This document shows positions 18,865-27,565 of a stretch of DNA of 64,000 bases, one piece after another. The position numbers and the translations under genes were made by a program. The DNA comes from an uncultured Pseudomonadota bacterium (lineage in GTDB: Bacteria > Myxococcota_A > Polyangia > Fen-1088). Within the stretch, counting starts at the first letter, position 1; each line of letters starts with the position of its first letter. The notes below the pieces were generated by a model. The model saw only the letters and a list, made by a program, of their open reading frames with translations, was not told the origin of the DNA and made no database searches. The stretch lies in assembly GCA_963847705.1 (NCBI GenBank), contig CAWKBC010000032.1:320001-384000 (forward strand), written 5' to 3'.

Positions 18865-19239
18865 CTATCCTTCGGGCGCGCCGTCGTCTTCGTCGGCGGC
18901 GGTGCGGGCCCAGGGGATGGCTTGCAGCCGTCGAAACCCCAGCGGCAGCCCGGAGACCTCGCTCAGCCCATACTTCCCGGTGTCGAGCTTGGCCAGCGCG
19001 TCCTCGATGTCGTGCAGCAAGGTGACGTCCCGCTGCGTGAAGAGGATGGCGTCGTCCTGCTCCCGTGTCTGCTCGGCCGCATCCACCGGCTCGGGGAGGT
19101 TCTCAGATTGCAGCGCCACGGCCTGCTCGCGCCGCATGCGATCCCGCAGCTCGTCGCGCGCGCGTTCGAGGCGCCCGCGCAGGACCGAGAGCTGGCTCGC
19201 CGAGAGCCCCGCGGAGGATTCACTGCCCGTTGCTTCCAT
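18865..19239 (-). CDS. TraR/DksA family regulator without Zn-finger cysteines
   Basis: Coiled coil with EPVDAA tip, IEDALAKLDTGKYG, then LSEVSG...RRLQAIPWARTAA with no Cys. Confidence 0.85.
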   Translation of the reverse strand: MEATGSESSAGLSASQLSVLRGRLERARDELRDRMRREQAVALQSENLPEPVDAAEQTREQDDAILFTQRDVTLLHDIEDALAKLDTGKYGLSEVSGLPLGFRRLQAIPWARTAADEDDGAPEG

Positions 19240-19375
19240 GACAATGACTGGTAAGTCCGACCGGCAGCGCTGCCAAGACGTGCTCGAAGCGGCCCCCGGC
19301 TCGGGAGAAACACTACGCGGGGCGTGGGGGCTTCCCGACATCGCGGACGTCACGCTCGCGCTATCGATGGTCCAA

Positions 19376-20254
19376 ATGCAAAAAGCCTCGAACGACATCG
19401 CGAATTCCAGTCTTCCTAAAACCGCCGCTGTCCTGCTGCTGCTCGCCTGTGCGGCTGGCTGCGGGTCGTCCAGCTCCACCAGCGACGGAGGACCGACCGG
19501 GACGGGAGGGGCAGGCGGCGCCAGCGCCGCGACCGGTGGGACCGGCGGGACGGGTGGGACCGGCGGCGCGCCGGCCGGCGGGAGCGCCCTGGCGGTGAAT
19601 CTGCGAACCGCCGGCAACTACGTGATCCTGGCGGAGAGCGCCATCTCCACGGTGCCGCCCGCGGTCGTCACGGGAGACCTGGGGCTCAGCCCCATGGCGG
19701 CCACCTTCATCACCAACTTCTCGCTGATCGCCGACGCCACCAACGTCTTCGCCACCTCGACGCAGGTGACCGGGAAGATCTACGCGGCCGACGACGCCGT
19801 CCCCACGCCGTCGAACCTGACCACGGCGATCGCCGACATGGGCCTCGCCTTCACCGACGCCGCCGGTCGCGCGCCCAGCGTCACCGAGCTCGGGGCCGGG
19901 AGCATCGGCGGGATGACGCTCCCGCCGGGCGTCTACCAGTGGGGCACCGGCCTGCAGATTCCGACCGATCTCACGCTCAACGGAAGCGCGACCGCGGTCT
20001 GGATCCTCCAGATCGCCCAGAACTTGACGGTGAGCAGCGCCGTCAGCGTCCACCTCACCGGGGGCGCGCTGGCCAAGAACGTCTTCTGGCAGGTCGCCGG
20101 CAGCGTCGACCTCGGCACGACCTCGCACCTGGAGGGGATCGTCCTCTGTCAGACCATGATCAACCTGCGCACCGGCGCCTCGATCACGGGCAGGCTCTTG
20201 GCGCAGACGGCGGTCAGCCTCGACGCCAGCACGGTCACGCAGCCGGCGCCGTAG
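19376..20254 (+). CDS. DUF3494 ice-binding family lipoprotein
   Basis: Lipobox AAGC; VTGDLGLSP, AFTDAAGR, TLPPGVY, NVFWQVAG, GRLLAQTAV. Confidence 0.92.
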   Translation: MQKASNDIANSSLPKTAAVLLLLACAAGCGSSSSTSDGGPTGTGGAGGASAATGGTGGTGGTGGAPAGGSALAVNLRTAGNYVILAESAISTVPPAVVTGDLGLSPMAATFITNFSLIADATNVFATSTQVTGKIYAADDAVPTPSNLTTAIADMGLAFTDAAGRAPSVTELGAGSIGGMTLPPGVYQWGTGLQIPTDLTLNGSATAVWILQIAQNLTVSSAVSVHLTGGALAKNVFWQVAGSVDLGTTSHLEGIVLCQTMINLRTGASITGRLLAQTAVSLDASTVTQPAP

Positions 20255-20272
20255 CTGGCCTCCCCCGCGCCG

Positions 20273-20306
20273 CGACGCGCGGGTAGCTCCCGGCGCGTCG
20301 TTGTTT
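20273..20306 (+). terminator. putative intrinsic terminator
   Basis: CGACGCGCGGG-TAGCT-CCCGGCGCGTCG stem followed by TTGTTT, between convergent genes. Confidence 0.55.
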
Positions 20307-20363
20307 GCGCGTAGCTACTTGCGCGTAGCTACTTGCGCGTAGCTACTTGCGCGTAGCTACTTG
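20305..20363. repeat. four perfect 14-bp tandem repeats TTGCGCGTAGCTAC
   Basis: Copies at 20305, 20319, 20333 and 20347; the last contains the FKBP stop codon. Confidence 0.97.
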
Positions 20364-21229
20364 ATCGACAGCAGCTCGACGTCGAACACCAGGGTGCCCG
20401 CCGGGGCACCCGGGCGGCTCGGCGTATCGCCGTAGGCGAGGTCGCCGGGGATCCAGAAGCGGGCCTTGTCGCCGACGACCATCAGCTGCAGGCCCTCGGT
20501 CCAACCTTTGATGACGCCGCCGAGCGGAAACGTGGCCGGCTCGCCCCGCACCACCGAGCTGTCGAACATCTTCCCGTCGGTGGTCCAGCCGGTGTAGTGG
20601 ACCTCGACGGTGCTGTCGGCGGTGGGGTGGTCCTTCCCCTTGCCGTGCTTGAGGATCTTGTAAGCGAGCCCGGAGGCGGTCTTCTTGGCGTCCTTCGGCG
20701 CCGCTTCGACGTCGGCCGGCGTCTCGGGTGGCGCGGCGAGCTTCACGAAGTCGAGCAGCTCCACATCGAAGACCAGCATCCCGGTCGGCGCGCCCGGCCG
20801 GGTCGGCGTGTCGCCGTAGGCGAGCTCGGCCGGGATCCAGAAGCGCCGCTTCTCCCCCTTGACCATCAGCTGCAGCCCCTCGCCCCACCCTTTGATCACG
20901 CCGTCGAGCGGAAACCGGGCCGGCTCGCCGGTCGGGATCGAGCTGTCGAACATCTTCCCGTCGGTGGTCCAGCCCGTGTACTGCACGGTCACCCTGTCGT
21001 GCGGCCCGGGGTGCGCGCTCCCCTTGCCCTTGAACAGGACCTTCGAGGCGAGGCCGCTGGCCGTCTTCTTGGCGCTGGCGGGCGGCGCCGCGACGTCCGC
21101 CGGCGCGGAAGGCGCCGCCGGGGGTGGCGCCGACGGCAACGGCTCGATCGGACCGGCAGAAACAGGCGCGCTCACCAGCGCGCAGGCGAGAGCGAGGACG
21201 AACAGGATCGACCAACCGAATCGCTTCAT
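20357..21229 (-). CDS. secreted two-domain FKBP-type peptidyl-prolyl isomerase
   Basis: Two YTGW...GKMFDSS...VIKGW.EGL...LAYG...LVFDVELL domains; signal peptide. Confidence 0.93.
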   Translation of the reverse strand: MKRFGWSILFVLALACALVSAPVSAGPIEPLPSAPPPAAPSAPADVAAPPASAKKTASGLASKVLFKGKGSAHPGPHDRVTVQYTGWTTDGKMFDSSIPTGEPARFPLDGVIKGWGEGLQLMVKGEKRRFWIPAELAYGDTPTRPGAPTGMLVFDVELLDFVKLAAPPETPADVEAAPKDAKKTASGLAYKILKHGKGKDHPTADSTVEVHYTGWTTDGKMFDSSVVRGEPATFPLGGVIKGWTEGLQLMVVGDKARFWIPGDLAYGDTPSRPGAPAGTLVFDVELLSIK

Positions 21230-21255
21230 TCCTGCCGAATACCACGCCCGGCCAT

Positions 21256-21307
21256 GATGGCAAATGACGATGGCAAATGACGACGGCAAATGACGATGCC
21301 AAATGAC
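21256..21307. repeat. four 13-bp tandem repeats GATGGCAAATGAC
   Basis: Copies at 21256, 21269, 21282 (1 mismatch) and 21295 (1 mismatch), intergenic upstream of the FKBP gene. Confidence 0.95.
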
Positions 21308-21317
21308 GGGCAACCGC

Positions 21318-21938
21318 TCACCCGAGGTGGCGATCGATGAGCGCGGCGATGCGCTGGGGGAGCTCCTCGGCCATGGCGTGGGTGCCGCCTTCGACGATCT
21401 CCAGGCGGGCGCCCGGGATCTGATCGCGCAAATACTCGCCGACGCCGAGGGGCGCCAGCGGATCGGCGTCGCCGACGAGCACCAGCGCCGGCACGCGCAG
21501 GCTCGGCAGTCGCGCGCCGAGGTCGCTGCGATCGTCGATGAACCAGCGCGGCATCTGCGGGCGCTGCGTGATCCAGTCGCCGCCTCGCCACTCCGCCGCG
21601 CCGAGACGGCGCACGTCGATGCCGCCGGTGGTCGCCACCAGGACGAGTCGGCGCACCCGCGCCGGATGGGTCAGCGCCAGACGAAGCGCCAAGGCCCCGC
21701 CCATCGACTGGGCCACCACATCGAATGATGCGGGCCACCGCTCGAGGAGCGTGTCGAGCAGATCCGCGACGTTGCGAACGGCGGGGTTGGGCGGCGTCTC
21801 TCCAAAGCCGGGATACTCGACGAGCAGCGGCTCACTTCGGGGCCGGAGGAGCTCCGCCACCGGGCGCCAGAACGCCGCCAGCCCGCCCGCTCCGGGAAGA
21901 TAGACCACCGGGGGTCGCGTCGGGTCTGCCACGGGCAT
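21318..21938 (-). CDS. alpha/beta hydrolase
   Basis: AQSMGG nucleophile elbow, GDAD acid, GGTH catalytic His. Confidence 0.88.
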   Translation of the reverse strand: MPVADPTRPPVVYLPGAGGLAAFWRPVAELLRPRSEPLLVEYPGFGETPPNPAVRNVADLLDTLLERWPASFDVVAQSMGGALALRLALTHPARVRRLVLVATTGGIDVRRLGAAEWRGGDWITQRPQMPRWFIDDRSDLGARLPSLRVPALVLVGDADPLAPLGVGEYLRDQIPGARLEIVEGGTHAMAEELPQRIAALIDRHLG

Positions 21939-22096
21939 GCCGCAAATATAGAGGATCGACCCTCGGGCGGCGGTGTGTCGAGTGGAGGCGCATCCGGCGG
22001 AGCCGGCAGGCGATTCAGGCGCCGCCCCACAGGTGATCTCGGCGGCGCCGGGGGCGAGCCACCTGCGCGTGATTAGTTTTTGGCCGGGGGTGCGGC

Positions 22097-23020
22097 ATGA
22101 CGGTGTCGACGAGCGAGGCCACGCCACGATCGCGGTCCACGCGCAAGAAGCAGCGCTACAGCGACGGCCACCCGCTGGATCGCGTCCAGTACGTCGAATC
22201 CAAGATCATCCTCAAGGGTGACCGCTTCACCTCCGTCGAAAGCTTCGATGACTTCGCCCGCCTGGTGAAACGGACCGCCAAGGAGGCGGGCGTCGATTTC
22301 TCCCGCAAGGCCTTCAGGGAGGCGAAGCCCCGCATCCGGGAAGTCCTCTTTCTCGATACGCCCGACTTCCGGCTCTACAACAACGCCTTCATCCTGCGCC
22401 GCCGGACCGAGTACGTGGACGGATTCGCCGTGGGCGATCCCGAGATCGTCTTCAAGTTCCGCTGCCCGGATCTGCAAAAGTGCGCCGACATGGACGTCCG
22501 CCCGCAGATCGCCGGCGACCACCGGATCAAGTTCAAGGCGGAGGCCCTGCCGCTCAAGGACCAGCCGGGCGGCGTGCGCATGCTCTACTCGCACAACGCC
22601 CAGTTTCCGCTCAGCCACGTTCACGCGGCCGACAAGGCGGCGATGGCCACCCTCATCCGCCTGCTGCCGCCTCTGCGCGGCATCAAGACGACCGCGGGCG
22701 AGAAGATCGATATCGTCAACCACACGGCCGTCGAGGAGGTCCTCCTCGACATCGGGATGCTCGACTTCGGCAAGGGGGTGCAGGCCAAGGCCAACGTGGC
22801 GGTCTGGCGCGACCGCGGCGATGAAAAGCAGCTGGTGGGCGAGTTCGCCTACCAGTGCAAGTTCGACCGCGGGGACGAGCGGCACGCGGTGGCGATGAAG
22901 CGGGCGGAGCAGCTCTTCATCCTGCTGCAGGAGACGGCCAGCGACTGGCTCTCCCTCGGGACCACCAAGACCGGCATCGTCTACCGCCTCAAAGGCAACC
23001 CGCCCACCTCCCACGAGTAG
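22097..23020 (+). CDS. hypothetical protein, CYTH/triphosphate-tunnel-like
   Basis: YVESK, FLDTPDFRLYNNAFILRRR, KFR, E...QCK and terminal TKT resemble CYTH motifs. Confidence 0.6.
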   Translation: MTVSTSEATPRSRSTRKKQRYSDGHPLDRVQYVESKIILKGDRFTSVESFDDFARLVKRTAKEAGVDFSRKAFREAKPRIREVLFLDTPDFRLYNNAFILRRRTEYVDGFAVGDPEIVFKFRCPDLQKCADMDVRPQIAGDHRIKFKAEALPLKDQPGGVRMLYSHNAQFPLSHVHAADKAAMATLIRLLPPLRGIKTTAGEKIDIVNHTAVEEVLLDIGMLDFGKGVQAKANVAVWRDRGDEKQLVGEFAYQCKFDRGDERHAVAMKRAEQLFILLQETASDWLSLGTTKTGIVYRLKGNPPTSHE

Positions 23021-23040
23021 CTCACGACCGACCGGTCGCC

Positions 23041-23574
23041 ATGGGCCCCATCCGACAGCGCATCAAGGGGGACCTCCGCGGCGTCCACCTCGCGCTGAAC
23101 GTGTTCGTGGCCACCAGCCTGCTCTGGGTCGTCATCCGGAAGTGGGCCGGGCTCAATCCGATCTGGGCCATCAGCGCCATGCTCGCCTCGACCGATCCGC
23201 ACGTCGGCGATGCGCTCAAGAGTGTTCGCGGGCGCATCACCAACGCTGCGCTCGGCTGCGCCACCGGCCTCGCCTTCCTGATCCTGGGCGAGGCGCGGGA
23301 CTGGAAGCTGCCGATGGCGCTGGCGGCGACGGCCTTTCTTTCGAGCTACATCGTGCGGGTGCCGGTCATGTGGCGGCAGGCGCCGATCACCGCGGCGATC
23401 GTGGTCGCCTCGGGGCTCGAGCGGCACACGAAGGAGGTCTCCGTCGAGATCGGCCTGCGCCGGGTGGCGGAGGTCTTCTTCGGCTGCCTCCTGGGGCTGG
23501 CGGTCACCTGGCTGATCTCGAAGATCTGGCCGCTGCCAGAATCGCCGCCCCCCTCGGTCCCGGTTCGGCCATGA
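23041..23574 (+). CDS. FUSC/aromatic acid exporter-like membrane protein
   Basis: PIWAISAM, R..N..LG, R..EV..G...GL pattern; about 5-6 TM. Confidence 0.8.
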   Translation: MGPIRQRIKGDLRGVHLALNVFVATSLLWVVIRKWAGLNPIWAISAMLASTDPHVGDALKSVRGRITNAALGCATGLAFLILGEARDWKLPMALAATAFLSSYIVRVPVMWRQAPITAAIVVASGLERHTKEVSVEIGLRRVAEVFFGCLLGLAVTWLISKIWPLPESPPPSVPVRP

Positions 23575-23581
23575 TGGGCCG

Positions 23582-24364
23582 ATGCTGCTCGCCGAGGATG
23601 AGGTCGCTCCGCTGGAGGTCGCCAGAGGTGATGGCCCCTCGCCCTTCCTCATCATCTGCGATCACGCCGGGAGGCTGATTCCCCGCTCGCTCGGCGATCT
23701 GGGGTTGCCCGCGGCCGAGCTCGAGCGGCACATCGCCTGGGACATCGGGGCGGTGGGCGTGGCGCGCCGGCTGGGGGAGGCGCTGGGCGCGCACACCGTG
23801 TGGCAGCGCTACTCCCGGCTGGTCATCGACTGCAACCGTCCTCTTGACGCGCCGGACTCAATCACCCCCCGCAGCGAGAAGACCATCATCCCGGGGAATC
23901 AGAACGTGGCGCCGGCCGCGGCCGAGGCGCGCGCCAGAGAGATCTTTCACCCCTACCACGACGAGATTCGAACGACTTTGGATCGGCGGCAGGCGGAGGG
24001 ACGCTTGACCGTCGTCATCGCGATGCACAGCTTCACGCCGATGTTCTTGGAAGTAGCTCGGCCCTGGCATGTCGGCGTGCTCTACAACCGCGATTCGCGG
24101 GTGGCCACGCCGCTCTTGCAGGCGCTCCGGGACGAAGGCGATCTGGTCGTCGGCGACAACCAGCCCTATGCGGTCGGCGATCTGACCGACTACTCGGTCG
24201 TCAATCATGGCGAGCGGCGCGGGATTCCCCACGTCGAGATCGAGATCCGACAGGACCTCATCGCCGACGAGCGCGGGCAAGCAGCGTGGGCCGAGCGGCT
24301 CGCGCGGCTCCTCCCGCTCGTCATTCAGGAATCATCGACGCGCCACGCACCACAACCACGATGA
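23582..24364 (+). CDS. N-formylglutamate amidohydrolase family protein
   Basis: CDHA, HIAWDIGA, SRLVIDCNR, HSFTP, EIRQDLI. Confidence 0.92.
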   Translation: MLLAEDEVAPLEVARGDGPSPFLIICDHAGRLIPRSLGDLGLPAAELERHIAWDIGAVGVARRLGEALGAHTVWQRYSRLVIDCNRPLDAPDSITPRSEKTIIPGNQNVAPAAAEARAREIFHPYHDEIRTTLDRRQAEGRLTVVIAMHSFTPMFLEVARPWHVGVLYNRDSRVATPLLQALRDEGDLVVGDNQPYAVGDLTDYSVVNHGERRGIPHVEIEIRQDLIADERGQAAWAERLARLLPLVIQESSTRHAPQPR

Positions 24365-24372
24365 GGAACAAG

Positions 24373-25182
24373 ATGCAGATCCGCCTGGGATACGAGCTCA
24401 ACTACGCCATACCGCAACCGACGCCGATGATCTTGACCCTCAACGTGCACCACAGCCGGGTCTCGGATCTCGTGCAGCCCGACCACATGAGGACGACGCC
24501 CTCGGTCCCGATGGCCGCCTACCGGGACGGCTTCGGGAACTGGTGCACCCGGCTGGTCGCCCCGGCGGGGAATTTTCGCGTCACCAGCGACGCGACCATC
24601 TACGACAGCGGCGAGCGCGAGCCGGTGGTCCCCTCGGCCATTCAGCACCCCGTTCAACAGCTGCCGGAGGAGACGCTGGTCTACCTGCTGGGAAGCCGTT
24701 ACTGCGAGACCGACAAGATGTCCCAGTTCGCCTGGGACAGGTTCGCCAACGCCCCGACCGGCTGGGGGCGCGTGCAGGCGATCTGCGACTTCGTTCACCA
24801 GCACATTCAGTTTGGCTATCAGTTCGCCCGCTCGACCAAGACCGCCTTCGAGGCCTTCAACGAGCGCAGGGGCGTCTGCCGCGACTTCGCCCACCTGGCC
24901 ATCACCCTCTGCCGCTGCCTGAACATCCCCGCCCGCTATTGCACCGGGTATCTCGGCGACATCGGTGTTCCCAAGGATCCGGCGCCGATGGACTTCGCCG
25001 GGTGGTTCGAGGCTTATCTGGGGTCGAACTGGTACACCTTCGATGCCCGCAACAACACCCCGCGCATCGGACGCGTCCTCATCGCGCGCGGCCGCGACGC
25101 CGCCGACGTGGCGATCTCCACGACCTTCGGACCCAACACCCTGCAGACCTTTCGCGTCTGGACCGACGAAGTGGTCTCCTGA
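24373..25182 (+). CDS. transglutaminase family protein
   Basis: GVCRDFAH catalytic Cys, GYLGD, FDARNN, GRDAAD. Confidence 0.92.
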   Translation: MQIRLGYELNYAIPQPTPMILTLNVHHSRVSDLVQPDHMRTTPSVPMAAYRDGFGNWCTRLVAPAGNFRVTSDATIYDSGEREPVVPSAIQHPVQQLPEETLVYLLGSRYCETDKMSQFAWDRFANAPTGWGRVQAICDFVHQHIQFGYQFARSTKTAFEAFNERRGVCRDFAHLAITLCRCLNIPARYCTGYLGDIGVPKDPAPMDFAGWFEAYLGSNWYTFDARNNTPRIGRVLIARGRDAADVAISTTFGPNTLQTFRVWTDEVVS

Positions 25183-25225
25183 GCGCCCCCTCGCGCGGCG
25201 AGCATTCCGAGAGTAGGTTGCGCGC

Positions 25226-25981
25226 ATGACCTACTGTGTGGGCGTGCTGCTGGAAGACGGGATCGTCCTCGGATCGGACTCGCGCACCCACGCGGGCGTC
25301 GACGACTTCGCCTCGTTCTGCAAGATGACCGTGTTCGAGGAGGCCGGTGAGCGCGTGCTGGTGCTGTTGAGCTCGGGGAGCCTGGCCGGCACCCAGGCCG
25401 TCATCAGCCTGCTCCGGCAGGAGGCCGACGCGGCGGCCGAGGCCGCGGCCGACGCCGCGCCCACGGTCACCATCCGCAGCGCCCGGACGATGTTCGACGT
25501 GGCGCGCGTCGTCTCGGACGCCATGCGGGCCATCGACCGCCGCGACAGCGAGCATCTGGAGAAGCACGATCTCTCCTTCAACGCCTCCTTCATCCTCGGC
25601 GGCCAGATCAAGGGGGAGGCGATGCGGCTCTTTCGCATCTACGCCGCGGGCAACTTCATCGAGGCCGGCGTCGACACGCCGTTCTTCCAGACCGGCGAGG
25701 CCAAGTACGGCAAGCCGATCATCGATCGCGTCATCTCCCCCTCCACCAGCCTGAGCGACGCGGCCAAGTGCGTGCTGGTCTCGTTCGATTCGACGATGCG
25801 GAGCAACCTCTCGGTCGCCATGCCCATCGACCTGCTCTGCTACGAGCGCGACGCCCTGGTGGTCCGAAAGCGCCGCCGCTTCGAACAGGGCGACCCCTAC
25901 TTCGGCGCGCTCAGCAAGAAGTGGAGCGAAGGGGTTCGGGCGGCTTTCAAGGAGCTGCCCGAGCCCCAGTGGGGCGCCTGA
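25226..25981 (+). CDS. proteasome-type protease (Anbu)
   Basis: MTYC N-terminal Thr nucleophile, DSRT.AGVD, GEAKYGKPIIDR, STMRSNLSV. Confidence 0.92.
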   Translation: MTYCVGVLLEDGIVLGSDSRTHAGVDDFASFCKMTVFEEAGERVLVLLSSGSLAGTQAVISLLRQEADAAAEAAADAAPTVTIRSARTMFDVARVVSDAMRAIDRRDSEHLEKHDLSFNASFILGGQIKGEAMRLFRIYAAGNFIEAGVDTPFFQTGEAKYGKPIIDRVISPSTSLSDAAKCVLVSFDSTMRSNLSVAMPIDLLCYERDALVVRKRRRFEQGDPYFGALSKKWSEGVRAAFKELPEPQWGA

Positions 25982-26246
25982 GTCACCGTCACGCCGCCGG
26001 TTTCGCTGCCCGCTCGGCCGGCGTCCGAGCGCCCAGGACACTCCCTCCGGGTGGGCGCGGGCGGCGACCGCCTCGCTGATGCGCTCGGGGTCGCGCCCCG
26101 CGCTCGAGATCCAGCTTCGCGAAAACCATGGTCCAGCGAGATTGCGCCACGCCTGCTCCTCGACACGCGCGGGCGGCGTGTATGCTTCCGCGCCGCGCGG
26201 CCCGCCGGGCCGCGAGCCCTGGGAATCGAAAGGTTGAGACGAGATC

Positions 26247-27272
26247 ATGAAATACAGAAAGCTCGGAGCGTCAGGCGTCAAGGTGTCGGAGCTCTGCCTG
26301 GGGGCGATGACCTTCGGCGAAGCCGACGAGAAGTCGTTCATGCACAAGGTCGGCGCCGACGAGAAGACGTCGTTCGGCATCCTGAACCGCGCGCTGGAGC
26401 TGGGCGTGAACTTCGTCGACACGGCCGACGTCTACGGGCAAGACGGCCTGAGCGAGCGGATCATCGGAGCCTGGATCGAACGCGATCAGCGCCGCAAGGA
26501 GATCGTCCTCGCCACCAAGTTTCGCTTCACCATGGGCGAAGGGGCCAACCGCACCGGCGCCTCCCGCTACCGGATCATGCGCTGCGTGGAGCACAGCCTG
26601 AAGCGCCTCCGCACCGATCACATCGACCTCTATCAGATTCACATGCAGGACCTCGACACACCGGAGGATGAAATCCTCCGGGCGCTCGACGATCTCGTCA
26701 CGCAGGGGAAGGTCCTCTACGTCGGCTGCTCGAACTACGCGGCCTACCGCCTGATGGATTCGCTCTGGGTCAGCCGCACCAGGAACCTCTCCGCCTTCGT
26801 CACGCTGCAGGCGCAGTACAGCCTGGTGGCGCGCGAGCTGGAGCGCGAGCACGTGCCGCTCTGCCGGGCGCAGGGGCTCGGCATCCTCTGCTGGGCGCCG
26901 CTGGCCAGCGGTTTTCTGAGCGGGAAGTACGACAAGGATCAGCCGCCGCCGGCCGGGGCGCGGCTGGAAAAGTGGAAGGATCGGATGGCGGGCTTCAACA
27001 ACGACCGCAACTGGAAGATCCTGGCCGCCGTCCGCGCCGTCGCCGCCGAGACCGGCGCCACGCCCGGCGCCGTGTCGCTGGCCTGGCTGCTGGCACAGCC
27101 GCAGGTCTCCTCCTGCATCTTCGGCGCGCGCTCGCTGGCGCAGCTGGAAGAGAACGTGAAGGCCACCGACCTGGTGCTGGGGCCCGAGCAGATCGCGCGC
27201 CTCGACGAGGCCTCGCGCTTCGACCTCGGCTATCCCTACGCGTTCATGAAGGACGTCCAAGGCCGCTGGTAG
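26247..27272 (+). CDS. aldo/keto reductase
   Basis: DTADVYG, LATK, DLYQIH, PLASGFLSGKY. Confidence 0.93.
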   Translation: MKYRKLGASGVKVSELCLGAMTFGEADEKSFMHKVGADEKTSFGILNRALELGVNFVDTADVYGQDGLSERIIGAWIERDQRRKEIVLATKFRFTMGEGANRTGASRYRIMRCVEHSLKRLRTDHIDLYQIHMQDLDTPEDEILRALDDLVTQGKVLYVGCSNYAAYRLMDSLWVSRTRNLSAFVTLQAQYSLVARELEREHVPLCRAQGLGILCWAPLASGFLSGKYDKDQPPPAGARLEKWKDRMAGFNNDRNWKILAAVRAVAAETGATPGAVSLAWLLAQPQVSSCIFGARSLAQLEENVKATDLVLGPEQIARLDEASRFDLGYPYAFMKDVQGRW

Positions 27273-27304
27273 GACCGCCGGCAGCGTGTAGGGTAGCAAC
27301 CAGC

Positions 27305-27556
27305 ATGCAGGTCGAGCTGTGCAGGAAGTCTCTCGAGCGGTTGGGCGCGCCACTCGCCCCTTTCCTTGCGGAGCTGAGGGAGCGTGAGCACACGCCGGTG
27401 GTGAAGGATTGTCTCAACCGCTGCCAGAAGTGCGAGCTCGGCTTCGCCATGGCCACGGTGGACGGCACGCCGCTCGGCGCGGCCAGCGTGACGGCGCTGC
27501 TGGCCGACATCGACGCGCTGGCGGCGGAGGACCTCGATGAGCCGGACGAAGCGTAG
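27305..27556 (+). CDS. small Cys-rich protein, YuzB/DUF1450-like
   Basis: VELC...CLNRCQKC...ATVDG pattern, 83 aa. Confidence 0.6.
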   Translation: MQVELCRKSLERLGAPLAPFLAELREREHTPVVKDCLNRCQKCELGFAMATVDGTPLGAASVTALLADIDALAAEDLDEPDEA

Positions 27557-27565
27557 ACGACGCCT

